A stretch of 64,000 nt of DNA, taken from Clostridia bacterium. GTDB taxonomy: Bacteria; Bacillota; Clostridia; Christensenellales; UBA1242. Location of the stretch: NCBI GenBank assembly GCA_045651685.1, contig JAZRSV010000020.1:4449-68448 (forward strand), read 5' to 3'. The position numbers and the translations under genes were made by a program. Below are positions 44,819-55,300 of this stretch, piece by piece (position 1 is the first letter of the stretch; each line of letters begins with the position of its first letter). The notes under the pieces were generated by a model. That model was not told the origin of the DNA. It saw only the letters and a list, made by a program, of their open reading frames with translations, and ran no database searches.

Positions 44819-46111
44819 ATGTTTTTTAGACCAGCAAAGACTTTGTTTGGAACCTACTTGCAAAATGCAAGAAAGGAAAATTTTAAGCCAAGTGCATTTA
44901 CTTTTTTAGACACTTGGAAACCTTATGTTGACCGTAAAACTATGAAGATTGGTTTTAATAACCTAGACCCAAGAGTGCCTAGTATCCCAGCCAACTTTGA
45001 TAATTTTACAGTGACAGACCCAATTTCAATTATTACTTGCACAGACGGACTGCACGGAGTTATAACTCCACAAGGCGAAATCGTTAAGCCAGAATTTGCC
45101 TCAATTATTAATTATGGCAATGTAGCTATAGTAAACCACGGCTCGCTAAAAAAACCTCAAGATTGTGGTTTGCTTGATATGAGAACAGGTGAATATATTA
45201 TCCCACCAAAATATGACAAATTAGAAGCTCATGTCTGCAAAGCAACTGACAGAATAATAAGCTTTAGTGCTTACAAAACTGTAGATGGCGAAACTAAACA
45301 ACAATTGTTTAGCACTACAGGCAAGGTTATCATCCCACTAAATGCAACCGAATTAAGAGAACATTATTTTGCAGGGGGTACTGCTTATTCTTACAGAAAC
45401 CCAACTAACCCTGCACAAAAAATACTTGTAGACCAAAAAGGCACACAAATACTTTCTACAGTTGGTGATTTTGAAGTTCACCCAGAACTAATTATCGCTA
45501 ACAGTGTTGGTGGCGCATTTGTATATGGTACAACTGACAAAGGTGCTATAAAAGCATTAATGCATAGCCCATATCCACTAACCTACCTAGACGATATTGT
45601 TCTGCTTGACGAAAAGCTATTTAAGCAAACATATCCAACTGGCGTTATTGGCAAAGACGGCCAAGAAATATTTGCTTGCCAAATTATTAACCACGAAGGC
45701 AAAGTATTGAGTGATTCTTATGAAGATATCAAAGTGTTTGACGGAGATTATTTCAAAACTAAACAAGATGGCTTGTGGGGCCTAATATCAAGAGAAGATT
45801 ACCAACCAGCCCTACCACACGAGTTTGACGAAATTCTACCACAATTTGGGAGACCAACATTTGCACAAAAAGATGGTCTTTGGGGCGTACTTGGCAAAGG
45901 GCCAGAATTTAAGACTGTTGTACCTTATGCTTATGATGCTCAAAGTATCAGCAAACGCAGACAAATACTTGATGGTAGAGATATAAACGGCAAAGAAGTT
46001 TCTATCGAGATCGGCAGAAACTCTGTATATGTTAGCACTTATGCTTACGAAAACGAAACTGACCCAGTTAGCACAGAGACCTTCCACGATACATATAGAG
46101 AACAAAAATAA
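44819..46111 (+). CDS. WG-repeat (KWG-like) protein
   Basis: Repeated DGLWG(L/V) motifs (KQDGLWGLISRE, QKDGLWGVLGKG). The start is uncertain because the SD lies ~15 nt from the ATG. Confidence 0.6.
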   Translation: MFFRPAKTLFGTYLQNARKENFKPSAFTFLDTWKPYVDRKTMKIGFNNLDPRVPSIPANFDNFTVTDPISIITCTDGLHGVITPQGEIVKPEFASIINYGNVAIVNHGSLKKPQDCGLLDMRTGEYIIPPKYDKLEAHVCKATDRIISFSAYKTVDGETKQQLFSTTGKVIIPLNATELREHYFAGGTAYSYRNPTNPAQKILVDQKGTQILSTVGDFEVHPELIIANSVGGAFVYGTTDKGAIKALMHSPYPLTYLDDIVLLDEKLFKQTYPTGVIGKDGQEIFACQIINHEGKVLSDSYEDIKVFDGDYFKTKQDGLWGLISREDYQPALPHEFDEILPQFGRPTFAQKDGLWGVLGKGPEFKTVVPYAYDAQSISKRRQILDGRDINGKEVSIEIGRNSVYVSTYAYENETDPVSTETFHDTYREQK

Positions 46112-46149
46112 CAAACAAAAAAGACTTGCAATAATGCAAGCCTTTTTTT

Positions 46150-46797
46150 TTATTCTTCTGTTTCGGTTTCTTCTTGTCCGATATTATACAATCTTTTTAT
46201 CTTACGATCATATTGTCTGATATGAACTTTAGCATTCATAAGTCTATAACTCTTAATCTGTTGTGTGCGCAATGGCGGCACATCAAAAATAAATATTTCT
46301 GAACCGTCCCACAAAAATACCCAACCGATAATGTCTATTAGAGTATCTAACATTGAGTTATAAAAAATATCCCACAAAAGTATTTTACCAACAAGTATCG
46401 CTACACCAATAACACACAATATAACGCCTAGCCAAATTTGTTTTTTTAGATTCTTTTCTGTGACAACAACTTGTTCTGCATTGTGTCTTTTGATAGCTTC
46501 TCTCATACGCTTCTTTTCGATATTAGTTGTATTTTCTTCGGTATAAAAGTCAAGACAAATGTTGTCTTGCAATGGTATTTCACCTTCGCACATGTCGATA
46601 TACTCTATAATATCAGGATTCATCAAATCATATGATTTGTAAGAATATGGATGAAAGAACTCTTCGGTTGTTTTTAGACCGATGCTTATTACGGCGTCGC
46701 CTGTCTTTTCGTCATAGTCTATCGATTGAGCCTCTTTCATTGCGCTACTCTTACGCAATTTTTGCAATATTTTTCTTCTTGTTTGCTTTTTTGGCAT
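46150..46797 (-). CDS. Hypothetical membrane protein (2 TM)
   Basis: Basic N-terminus. TM pair IWLGVILCVIGVAILVGKILLW and IIGWVFLWDGSEIFIF. Confidence 0.5.
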   Translation of the reverse strand: MPKKQTRRKILQKLRKSSAMKEAQSIDYDEKTGDAVISIGLKTTEEFFHPYSYKSYDLMNPDIIEYIDMCEGEIPLQDNICLDFYTEENTTNIEKKRMREAIKRHNAEQVVVTEKNLKKQIWLGVILCVIGVAILVGKILLWDIFYNSMLDTLIDIIGWVFLWDGSEIFIFDVPPLRTQQIKSYRLMNAKVHIRQYDRKIKRLYNIGQEETETEE

Positions 46798-46932
46798 AAA
46801 AAATTAAATTTCTCCTTTTACCTTATAAAATTATACCTATTAAAAATTTTTTGTCAAATCGCAAATTAACATAAAAAAGGCGCCCTTTTTATAAGGCACC
46901 TTTTATATATGTTATTAAAAATATATTTTACT

Positions 46933-48016
46933 TTAATTATTTGCAGTGGCGTCGTTATTCTTTTGATTGATTATATTTTTTCTCTCAACATATTTGTCTT
47001 TTATCTTTTTTAACAAAATCACAAACAATTGGCGCAACGCTTCGATAATGGCGCAAAAAACAAATTTGCCTAAAGCTACTAGCAATACCCATATTGGAGA
47101 TATTGGAGAAGCATAGTAATTTTGTATTCTAAATATATTCCAATGGAAATAATTATGTAAAAAACTACCTTCTATGATGTATATACCAAAGGTTAATGTT
47201 GCCACATAACATATGATGTTATGCATATAAAGATTTTTAATATTGACATTCTTAAACAATAATAGCAATGCAACACTTGCAATAATCACTAATGGCGATG
47301 TGTAGTCTAAAGAATTATACACTAGATTATACCAATAATTGTTTGCTGGATTCATGCTAAATATCCACAATAATGCAGTCGCTACAAAATATATGATCAA
47401 CAAATATCTTTTTTTGATATTAATTGGGTAAAGCTTTAATGTGCCGGCAAAAATATATAAACAAATAAACCACAAGACAGAAAATCCTGCACTTAAGTTA
47501 AACACCCCACCTATTGGATGTTTCGTAGAAAGGTATGCTAATATAAACAAAATAATACTCAAACAATACAATTCTTTTTTTGTTGCATTGTTTAATATTT
47601 TGTTTAGAAAAGGACTTAATAGCATTAATACAAAGTACGCAGTAAAAAACCAGTACTTGCCTGTTATAACAGGAAAAAAGCAACTTATTAGTGTTTTTAT
47701 AGAAAAGTCTTTAGCTATAAAGCAACTAGAAATCAAATATGTGACAATACAGTAAAAAACTACTTGCGCCCATAACTTTAATAATTTTTTGGCTTTTATT
47801 TGTGATGACACCAAAAAATAAGCCGATATCAAAATAAAGACATTTACAGCTGTTGAAAAAAAAAAAATACAATACAAGATGATATGGACGAGTACTAGCG
47901 CTGGCATTAGCCAACATGCCTCCCGCATTTAATAAGTGAACAATCATAATAAAAAACATGGCAAGTATTCTTAATATTTCAAAACCAGTTTCTCTTTTGT
48001 TTCTTACCTTAAACAT
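46933..48016 (-). pseudogene. Acyltransferase-3 family (O-acyltransferase) gene interrupted by a frameshift in a poly-T tract; probably phase-variable
   Basis: The N-terminal ORF (48016-47726) begins RETGFEILRILAMFFIMIVHLLN. The C-terminal ORF continues STAVNVFILISAYFLVSSQIKAKKLLKLW. The two frames meet at the homopolymer 47856-47867. Confidence 0.75.
47856..47867 (-). repeat. A12 on the plus strand (T12 on the coding strand) homopolymer at the frameshift site
   Basis: Counted directly: tgttg-A12-tacaat. Confidence 0.95.
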
Positions 48017-48150
48017 AAATACCTCAATCTATTTTTACTATATCATAGTACATATAATTTGTCATATTTAATTTGGCAAAATTAAAAACTTACCATCATC
48101 AATAAGATAATAAAAAAAGTTAGAGCAAAATCTCTAACTTTTTATTTTTA

Positions 48151-49374
48151 TTAATTTAATTTTGACTTGATTAGGCTGTGAATATTAACTTTTAACTCTT
48201 CTACTGCTGGTTGCAAGAATGGGTTAAGCTTCATTAATATGCCTAGGTAGCAAATAGTCATTTGCATAAATGTAAGTACTGCGCCTACAGATTCTTCGTC
48301 AACTTTTTCTACATTCATAGTAAAAGCAAGTCTCTTGTGTGCTGTAAGTGTTTGAAGTGTTGCTTGACATTCTGCATTGATAACTTGGCTTAAGTAGTCG
48401 CATTTGCTATCAAGAATTTCTTTGTTTTCTAGTCTGATGTCAGTTGGGAATTTGTTAAGTCTAACCAACATTGTATATCTATATTTGTTGCCCTCTAAAA
48501 CCTCTTCAAAAAAGCTATGTTGACAGTTAGCACCAACCATAACTACAGTTGTTGGGCATTTGTCAATTTTGCCAAGGCTCTCTGCTAGAGTTTGAGAATA
48601 ATAATAATAGATATCTGTTAGGCTGTTGGTATATGGCAATATTGCCATTTCGCCTTTACCCTTTTTTAGCAAAGAATGTTGCAATATAGCATATCTATAT
48701 GCATCATTATCTAAAGGATCTTTTTTGATAGCTGCCAAAACTTTGTTTGCACCTGCTAACAATTTTTTGATATCAAGACCAGCTACAGCAGCAGGCAACA
48801 AACCAACTGCGCTTAAACCGCTAAATCTACCAACAATATCTTTTGGCATACCAACTACTCTTACTTTATAGCGAGTAGCAAAACGATACAAAGGATTGTC
48901 GCTCTCGGTAGTTGTCACTATAACTTGACGCTTTACTGCAGTTTTTGTTTTTAGTTTGTCCAAAACAATTTGCAAAACTGACAATACTTCTACTGTGTTG
49001 CCACTTTTTGAAACAAAGTTAAAAGCTGTTTTCTTTAGGTCAAATTGTGCAAGAGTGTTTGCAACCAATGTTGGGTCAACATTGTCCAAAACAACAACAT
49101 TAACACCTTTTGTTTTTATAGAGTTAAGTATACCTTGTGTTGCAAGTGAAGAACCACCAATACCAACTACTACCAAATTTTCAAAATTTTGTTTGATATA
49201 CTCTGCGCAATCAATGATGTCTGCTACAGACTCTGGTGCAATATTAGCAAACAAAGAATGTTGGTTGTTGTCAAAATAACCTTGCATAGTTGTTTGGATA
49301 AATTCTTGATTGTATTTTTTTTCTAACTTTTGATTGTATAGACCATTAAAGTCTATATTAATAATGTCTTTCAT
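48151..49374 (-). CDS. pgi: Glucose-6-phosphate isomerase (short form)
   Basis: VVVGIGGSSLATQ and VSKSGNTVEV SIS-domain motifs. Confidence 0.8.
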   Translation of the reverse strand: MKDIINIDFNGLYNQKLEKKYNQEFIQTTMQGYFDNNQHSLFANIAPESVADIIDCAEYIKQNFENLVVVGIGGSSLATQGILNSIKTKGVNVVVLDNVDPTLVANTLAQFDLKKTAFNFVSKSGNTVEVLSVLQIVLDKLKTKTAVKRQVIVTTTESDNPLYRFATRYKVRVVGMPKDIVGRFSGLSAVGLLPAAVAGLDIKKLLAGANKVLAAIKKDPLDNDAYRYAILQHSLLKKGKGEMAILPYTNSLTDIYYYYSQTLAESLGKIDKCPTTVVMVGANCQHSFFEEVLEGNKYRYTMLVRLNKFPTDIRLENKEILDSKCDYLSQVINAECQATLQTLTAHKRLAFTMNVEKVDEESVGAVLTFMQMTICYLGILMKLNPFLQPAVEELKVNIHSLIKSKLN

Positions 49375-49458
49375 ACTTCTCCCTCTTTATTTTATATCTT
49401 GATAAAATTATATGACTTTTAATAAAAAATGTTAAACAAATTGTGACAATATTTTTTA

Positions 49459-49929
49459 TTAATTAAAATTTTTGTTTTTATAATAATCGGTTGGCAGGCA
49501 ACACATAACAAGCACGATAATTGCACCAATCGGTATAAAAGCAATTAGCAGCAGTTCTTTTTGAAAGCCAGCGTCATTAAACCTTCTAAAAAACAATGCA
49601 ACAAAAGGAGTTATCATTGCAAGTGCAAACGGCACAATAAGGTACGCCTTAAAACTTAATAAGCACGCCACAACAAAAAGCCAAGCATATGTTATCCAAA
49701 AATCTTTTCTGCTAGTTCTGCCATTAAAGTTAATATAGCTGGCCCAAAAGTCAACAAAAGGTTTTGTAGTCATGATAAAAAACTTTTTGACCTTGCTACT
49801 ACTTGGCGATGCTTTTGAGGTGTTGTTTACCTCATATATTGTAGTGTTTGTTGTATCTACAATTCGGTTGCAATGGGGACACTTGTTTATATTTTGCTTA
49901 ATATGTTTGTTGCAATAAGGACACTTCAT
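49459..49929 (-). CDS. DUF805-family membrane protein with N-terminal zinc ribbon
   Basis: CPYCNK ... CPHCNR. GRTSRKDFW signature followed by 3-4 TM segments. Confidence 0.68.
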   Translation of the reverse strand: MKCPYCNKHIKQNINKCPHCNRIVDTTNTTIYEVNNTSKASPSSSKVKKFFIMTTKPFVDFWASYINFNGRTSRKDFWITYAWLFVVACLLSFKAYLIVPFALAMITPFVALFFRRFNDAGFQKELLLIAFIPIGAIIVLVMCCLPTDYYKNKNFN

Positions 49930-50499
49930 ATTTTTTGTGTTTAGACAATGTTAAAAACAACCTTATCTAATGCTCCTATTTTTATATTTTTTTGATATAT
50001 TTTTTTACTTACGATTACGCTATTATTATACCATTATTTTGACCTGTCTCAAGCAAATTTTGCCTATATTTTTTATATTATCTCAACCGACCTTTTGGTT
50101 TTGTTTCAAAATTTATTATCTATAAGTGCCTATTTTACTACATTTTTGCCATTTATTTACTATCGACCGTATAGTCGGCAATGTATTTTTTTGTTTTTTA
50201 AGCAAAACAATCTGGCAAGCGTCATTTTTTTGGCAGAAAAATTTTTGCAGACCTTTTGGTCGAAAAGTGACAGTTTTTTGACAAAATTTACACAACATTT
50301 GACGATTAAACTTGTCGCATTTGTCGGATATGTTTTTTGGTTTTGTAAAAAGTTTTATAAAAAAAGTGTTGCAAAAGGGACACTTTTTGTTAAAAAAATA
50401 TTGACTACTGCCTTTATATTATATATAATATATTTCGTAATTATATAATCATATTGTATGCCCTATTTTGGGGAGTAAAAATTATTAAGGAGTGGTCTT

Positions 50500-51249
50500 A
50501 TGGCTCGCAAGGCAAGAGAGATTAGTTTAATCAATAGCTATACTGTTGGCTTTAGTAGTGCTGGCAATGTCAAATTTGACAAGGCTGATATCGAAAGTTT
50601 TTTAAGCACTATTGATTTGTTTAAGCAAGACGGCAGCTACAAACTTATCGCATATCACTGCAACGCAACTAACTTTTATCTAGTACTAACAGATTTGAAA
50701 ATTAGCATTGATATTTTGCTTCGCAAGATTTCTGTTAGCTTTGCAAAAAAATATAACACCCTACACTCTCGCCGTGGCGAAGTGTTTGGTTCTAGAGCAA
50801 ATACCGTACCTGCAAAAGACTACAACCAATTAGACAATATGATTTGCAAAATACACAATCTTAACAAGATAACAAAAACAAATTTTTGTAGCGACAAAGC
50901 TTACTTTGCCAATAAGCTAATCGACATCGATTATGCTACTGGTAGATTTGGAGACGAGCAAGGTTATAAAGATTTTTGCAAAAAGTACAATCAATCAAAA
51001 GACAGTTCTTTTCAACGAAAACTTACTGACGAAGAACTTGCAAAATACATCAACGACACCTTTACTATCACAATGGTTGACATGCAAACAATGTCAAAGG
51101 GCGTTTTAGAAACTGTCATCAGTCAAGTTATAAACATAACAAAAGCTTCGGCTAGACAGATAAGTCGTGTGACAAGTTTACCACTGCGCTTTTTGTGGAA
51201 CTTGTTAGGTAAAAACAAAAAAGAGAAAGGTGAAGGCGATGAAGAATAA
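50500..51249 (+). CDS. IS200/RayT-like (Y1 transposase fold) protein lacking the HUH motif, with C-terminal HTH; probably a domesticated regulator
   Basis: The N-terminal MARKARE and overall collinearity match Firmicute Y1_Tnp-like proteins. Where HxH is expected it reads AYHCNATNFYLVL (N-F-Y). The C-terminus has RKLTDEELAKYI ... ASARQISRVTSLPLRFL, which is HTH-like. AAGGAG SD. Confidence 0.65.
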   Translation: MARKAREISLINSYTVGFSSAGNVKFDKADIESFLSTIDLFKQDGSYKLIAYHCNATNFYLVLTDLKISIDILLRKISVSFAKKYNTLHSRRGEVFGSRANTVPAKDYNQLDNMICKIHNLNKITKTNFCSDKAYFANKLIDIDYATGRFGDEQGYKDFCKKYNQSKDSSFQRKLTDEELAKYINDTFTITMVDMQTMSKGVLETVISQVINITKASARQISRVTSLPLRFLWNLLGKNKKEKGEGDEE

Positions 51250-52333
51250 ACAAACAAAACCTTCGGATGAGATAAAGCAGTCTAAACAAAAACAAGTTAA
51301 GACTACTGCCAAAAAACAACCAGCAAAAACAGCTACCAACAAAAACAAAAAAGAAAAGAAACAACTAACACGCAGATCACTAGCATCACTTATGGTATTA
51401 TTGATACTAGGTGTCACAACCGGATCAATTGTTGGTGTATGGTTTAAGAAAAATCTTTTGGGTGGCAACATTGTTGTCCCAGATTATTCTGCTATGTCCG
51501 AAGCACAATTAAGAGATAACGAAGAAGAAATAGCAATTAATTATGGAACTAGAACTCCATTTGCAGAAAAGACATCTTTGATAAATGCTTTTATATCTGC
51601 AGACTACAATATCAACAACAAAGCTACATCTTATAGCTCTATTACCAATGGTGTTGTACAAACAATCGCTCAACAAGATACTTTTACAGAAAAGTTATTT
51701 GACGGTACTACTTACTATGGTTCATCTGTAAGTGCAGGCATCATAAGCGTTGGTGAAGCTTTTAAGTTTAATGTAAGCAATCCTGATGATATCAGCGTAT
51801 ATATTGGCTCTAACATTTCTAAACAAAGCACAGTTCAAAAGTTAATTTGCCCAATGGATACTTGCTTTTATAAAAATGCAAACAAGTATATTTATAATGT
51901 CACTTATAGCGAGAGCAATATGCAAAAACAAACCCTAGCTCAATACAAAGAAATTATGGGCTCTGCTCCAAATACAATTATACCTTATATTGTTTCGTCA
52001 AAAACCGTACTTAACGACCCTGCAGCAACATTCAAAAAGGTTACTGCTAGTGATGGTACAGAATGTTTTACTTTTTCACTATACCTAAACCCACAAACAA
52101 GTGTAAAAAACTATGTTAACCAAATGAGCCACATGAGTGGCCTAAACGATCTACCTGCTTTTACCAGTGTAAAACTTGATGTTGCACTATGTATGGTAGG
52201 AGATTATATACACTTCAAAGCTATTGATATTGAAGAACACTACAGTATCAAATATGGCATACTAACCCCACAATGTACTGGCAGATCACATATAGAGTTT
52301 ACTATTAATCAACCAGTCACCCTTCCCCTATAA
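51239..52333 (+). CDS. Membrane-anchored extracytoplasmic protein (Lys-rich N-terminus, 1 TM)
   Basis: The ATG at 51239 follows AGGTGA and overlaps the upstream stop by 11 nt. TM segment SLASLMVLLILGVTTGSIVGVWF. Confidence 0.6.
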   Translation: MKNKQTKPSDEIKQSKQKQVKTTAKKQPAKTATNKNKKEKKQLTRRSLASLMVLLILGVTTGSIVGVWFKKNLLGGNIVVPDYSAMSEAQLRDNEEEIAINYGTRTPFAEKTSLINAFISADYNINNKATSYSSITNGVVQTIAQQDTFTEKLFDGTTYYGSSVSAGIISVGEAFKFNVSNPDDISVYIGSNISKQSTVQKLICPMDTCFYKNANKYIYNVTYSESNMQKQTLAQYKEIMGSAPNTIIPYIVSSKTVLNDPAATFKKVTASDGTECFTFSLYLNPQTSVKNYVNQMSHMSGLNDLPAFTSVKLDVALCMVGDYIHFKAIDIEEHYSIKYGILTPQCTGRSHIEFTINQPVTLPL

Positions 52334-52346
52334 AGGATAATAAAGA

Positions 52347-55300
52347 ATGAAAAAACTTTTTAGAACATTAAAATTTTTAGGAGCATACCTGTTAATCACG
52401 ATAGTCACTGCGGCTGGCGTGGTCTTTTTGGTGCCTGTAAGCGGATCAAGTGCTAACATCGGCGCACCTGGACAAGACTCATTTACCACTCCGATTGAAA
52501 GCAATTTTACAAAAATTGTTAACAATCTGATGCAGCTAAAAGACTTTGCTGTTGATGCAGATATCAAAGTGACACTACCTAATGACCAAAAGATAACTCT
52601 TGATATGATCGCAGGTGTACACGCAACTGCAGGTTTTGGTACAGTTGCCGCCAATGCTCAACTAAACCTAACCTACGGACAAGACAATTATAATATGTCT
52701 TTTGTATTTGTAGACAATCAACTATACCTACAACTTAATGACATATTAGTACCACAAGAATTTGATAGCAACTTTGCTATAAAATCACAACAAGTACAAG
52801 ATATAAAATTTACAACAAGCGTAAATACCCTTACAGAAGCTATCGGACAAATAATGTCTTTACTTAATATTGATATGTCTATGGGCGACAGTTTTGCAAA
52901 CTTTGACATGTCTATGATAGCTACAATGTTAGAAGATTATCAAGATTCTCCTACAGAATATGGCTACGATGTAAGCATTGTAGTTATGGGTCAATCAATT
53001 TATCTAACAACCGATCACGACTTTAATATTACAGCAGTACATATCCCAACAATTAATCTTGACGGCACAAAACTTAATATTGATCTTACATTAAAAAGAT
53101 ACGAACAAGTTATCGAAGTTGCTGCCCCACAAGATAGCCAATCTTATTTAGACCTAGCAAAGGTGACTAACCTAATTGGTTTTGCTTCTTCTGCAATTGA
53201 CAATAAGTTTGTTTCTACCAACATCAACGCATCTTTTGCAGGTACAAACATTGCATTAGATACTACAATTGATTTTGCAGACGGTATCAAACTTGTTGCA
53301 ACTAGCAACTCACTTGGCGATTCGCTAAAAGTTATGTATTACAACGATACTTTGTATATTGCTTTTGGCAATGTAAAAGTAAGCACAACTTTTGACGAGT
53401 TAAAAGAGTTTGCAAACTACTCAATCGACACAATCTTGCCTCAACTAAAAGGCATGAATATTAATAGGCTAACAAGCATCATTGATTATGTACAAGATTT
53501 AACAAACAATGTTAGCTTACCTACTATATCAACACCTAGCATTGCTTCTATGATAGGTCTTGCAGCATTTATCAATACCGATGGCGACAACCTAACATTT
53601 GCTTTGCCTGGCATTGTTGACTCTACCATCGTTGTAAACAACGGCAACATAACAGACATATCTATTGTTAATAGCAACTTTGAAGTTAGCTTAAACAACA
53701 TAGATATCACTAGACGCGATGTTATATATGACATACAAGGTTATACTCCACTACAAAACATACTACCTACAGTAAAAGCTGCTATCAACACTTTAACTTG
53801 CCAAGGTATCAACGGAGATATTACCTTTACATACGGCGACCAAACTTATACACTTAACCTAAAAGCAAAATTGCAAGCAACAGACTTAACATTAAGCTTG
53901 AGCACTGTTGTATTTGGCAAAGTTGTACAAATAGATATTCAAAACGAAACTTTGTATCTAACAATTGATCAAACAAAAACAAAAATACCTTTTAACAAAG
54001 CTCAAGATTTGTTAGGTTTGATATCAACACTATTTGATATAAAACTACCAACAATTGATACAAATATCAATCTTAAACTACAAGATATTTCGTTAGACTT
54101 TATTTCTACACTTACAGCAACTGGCGACAACTTAACTATCACTGGCAAAGACTATACTGTTTCGCTTAACAACAAAAATGGATATATCAACAAAGTTAAC
54201 TTAAACATCGCCGATATCGCACTAGAATTTTTGACACTAAAGTGCGGCAATGTAAATATTGATACTATTGACGATACACAATATACTCATTACGAAGACA
54301 TCTTTAACTTTATATCAAACATAAAAGACCTTACTACAAAAACAAACTTTGACTTGACTGTATCAGCACAAGCAAGATACAACGGTCAAATGTTTGATGT
54401 AAACATACTAGCTACTGTTGATACAAAAACTTTTGACATAACATTGCTTGTAATGCTAAACATCAATGGAGAGACTTACACTGTTAATGCAGCATTTGTA
54501 GACAAAGTTTTGTATATCAACTATCAAGATCTAAAAGTAAAAGTTGACAAACAACTATTAGACACTATCGATGGCATTATTAACAACATTATACCAAAAT
54601 ATATCAACATTGATAATATAAGAGAACTTTGGAACAGCTTAACCAATGTAGATATTAACATGACAATGCCTACAATAGAGTTAACAATACCACAAATTAT
54701 AGAACTTGTAAAAACTTATACCAATGCATTGCGTAGCATTGCATTTGAAGGCAATACACTAAATATTTCGGTTAACCTTGGTTCTATACTAAATATTAAT
54801 CAAACACTAAACCTATCTGTAAAAGCAACTTCTGAATATGTAGAAGTTGGAATTGCAGAATTTGCAATCGATGCTGCTTCTGTTCAATTTGTTGCAACTA
54901 TTAGCGTTAATGATGATGAGATACTAGCACCATACGATGCAAACACTTACAAAGACATAAACGATTATCTAAAACTTGTAGAAGTATTAGACAATACTAT
55001 ATCAAGCAACTATTTTGACATCGGCGCAACTGTTATTACTGGCGACTACAGAATAGATACAAACATTATCGCAGACCTAACTGATGATTATAAATTTGCA
55101 ATAAGCACTGATAGTTTGGGCAGCCCACTTGATATCAAATATGTACCAAGCGCAGCTGGCAAACAAGATGTTTTCTTTGTGACATTTGGCAACCTAAAAC
55201 TTAACTGCTCAATTGAACAACTAAAACAACTTTATAACTATCTAACCGATACTGTACTAAAAGAAGTCAAAGGTCTAGACATTGCAGAATTGCAACCTAT

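Noticed and set aside
50095-50448. 117-aa plus-strand ORF in the long intergenic region upstream of the RayT-like gene
   Set aside because: It is Phe/Leu/Lys-rich and derived from T-rich DNA, with no SD. It runs through a hairpin and a promoter, so it is most likely non-coding.
50500-51249. Active IS200/IS605-type insertion sequence
   Set aside because: The HUH motif is replaced by N-F-Y. I found no flanking subterminal hairpins or tnpB. The gene is translationally coupled to downstream non-transposon genes, so I annotated it as a domesticated homologue, not a mobile element.
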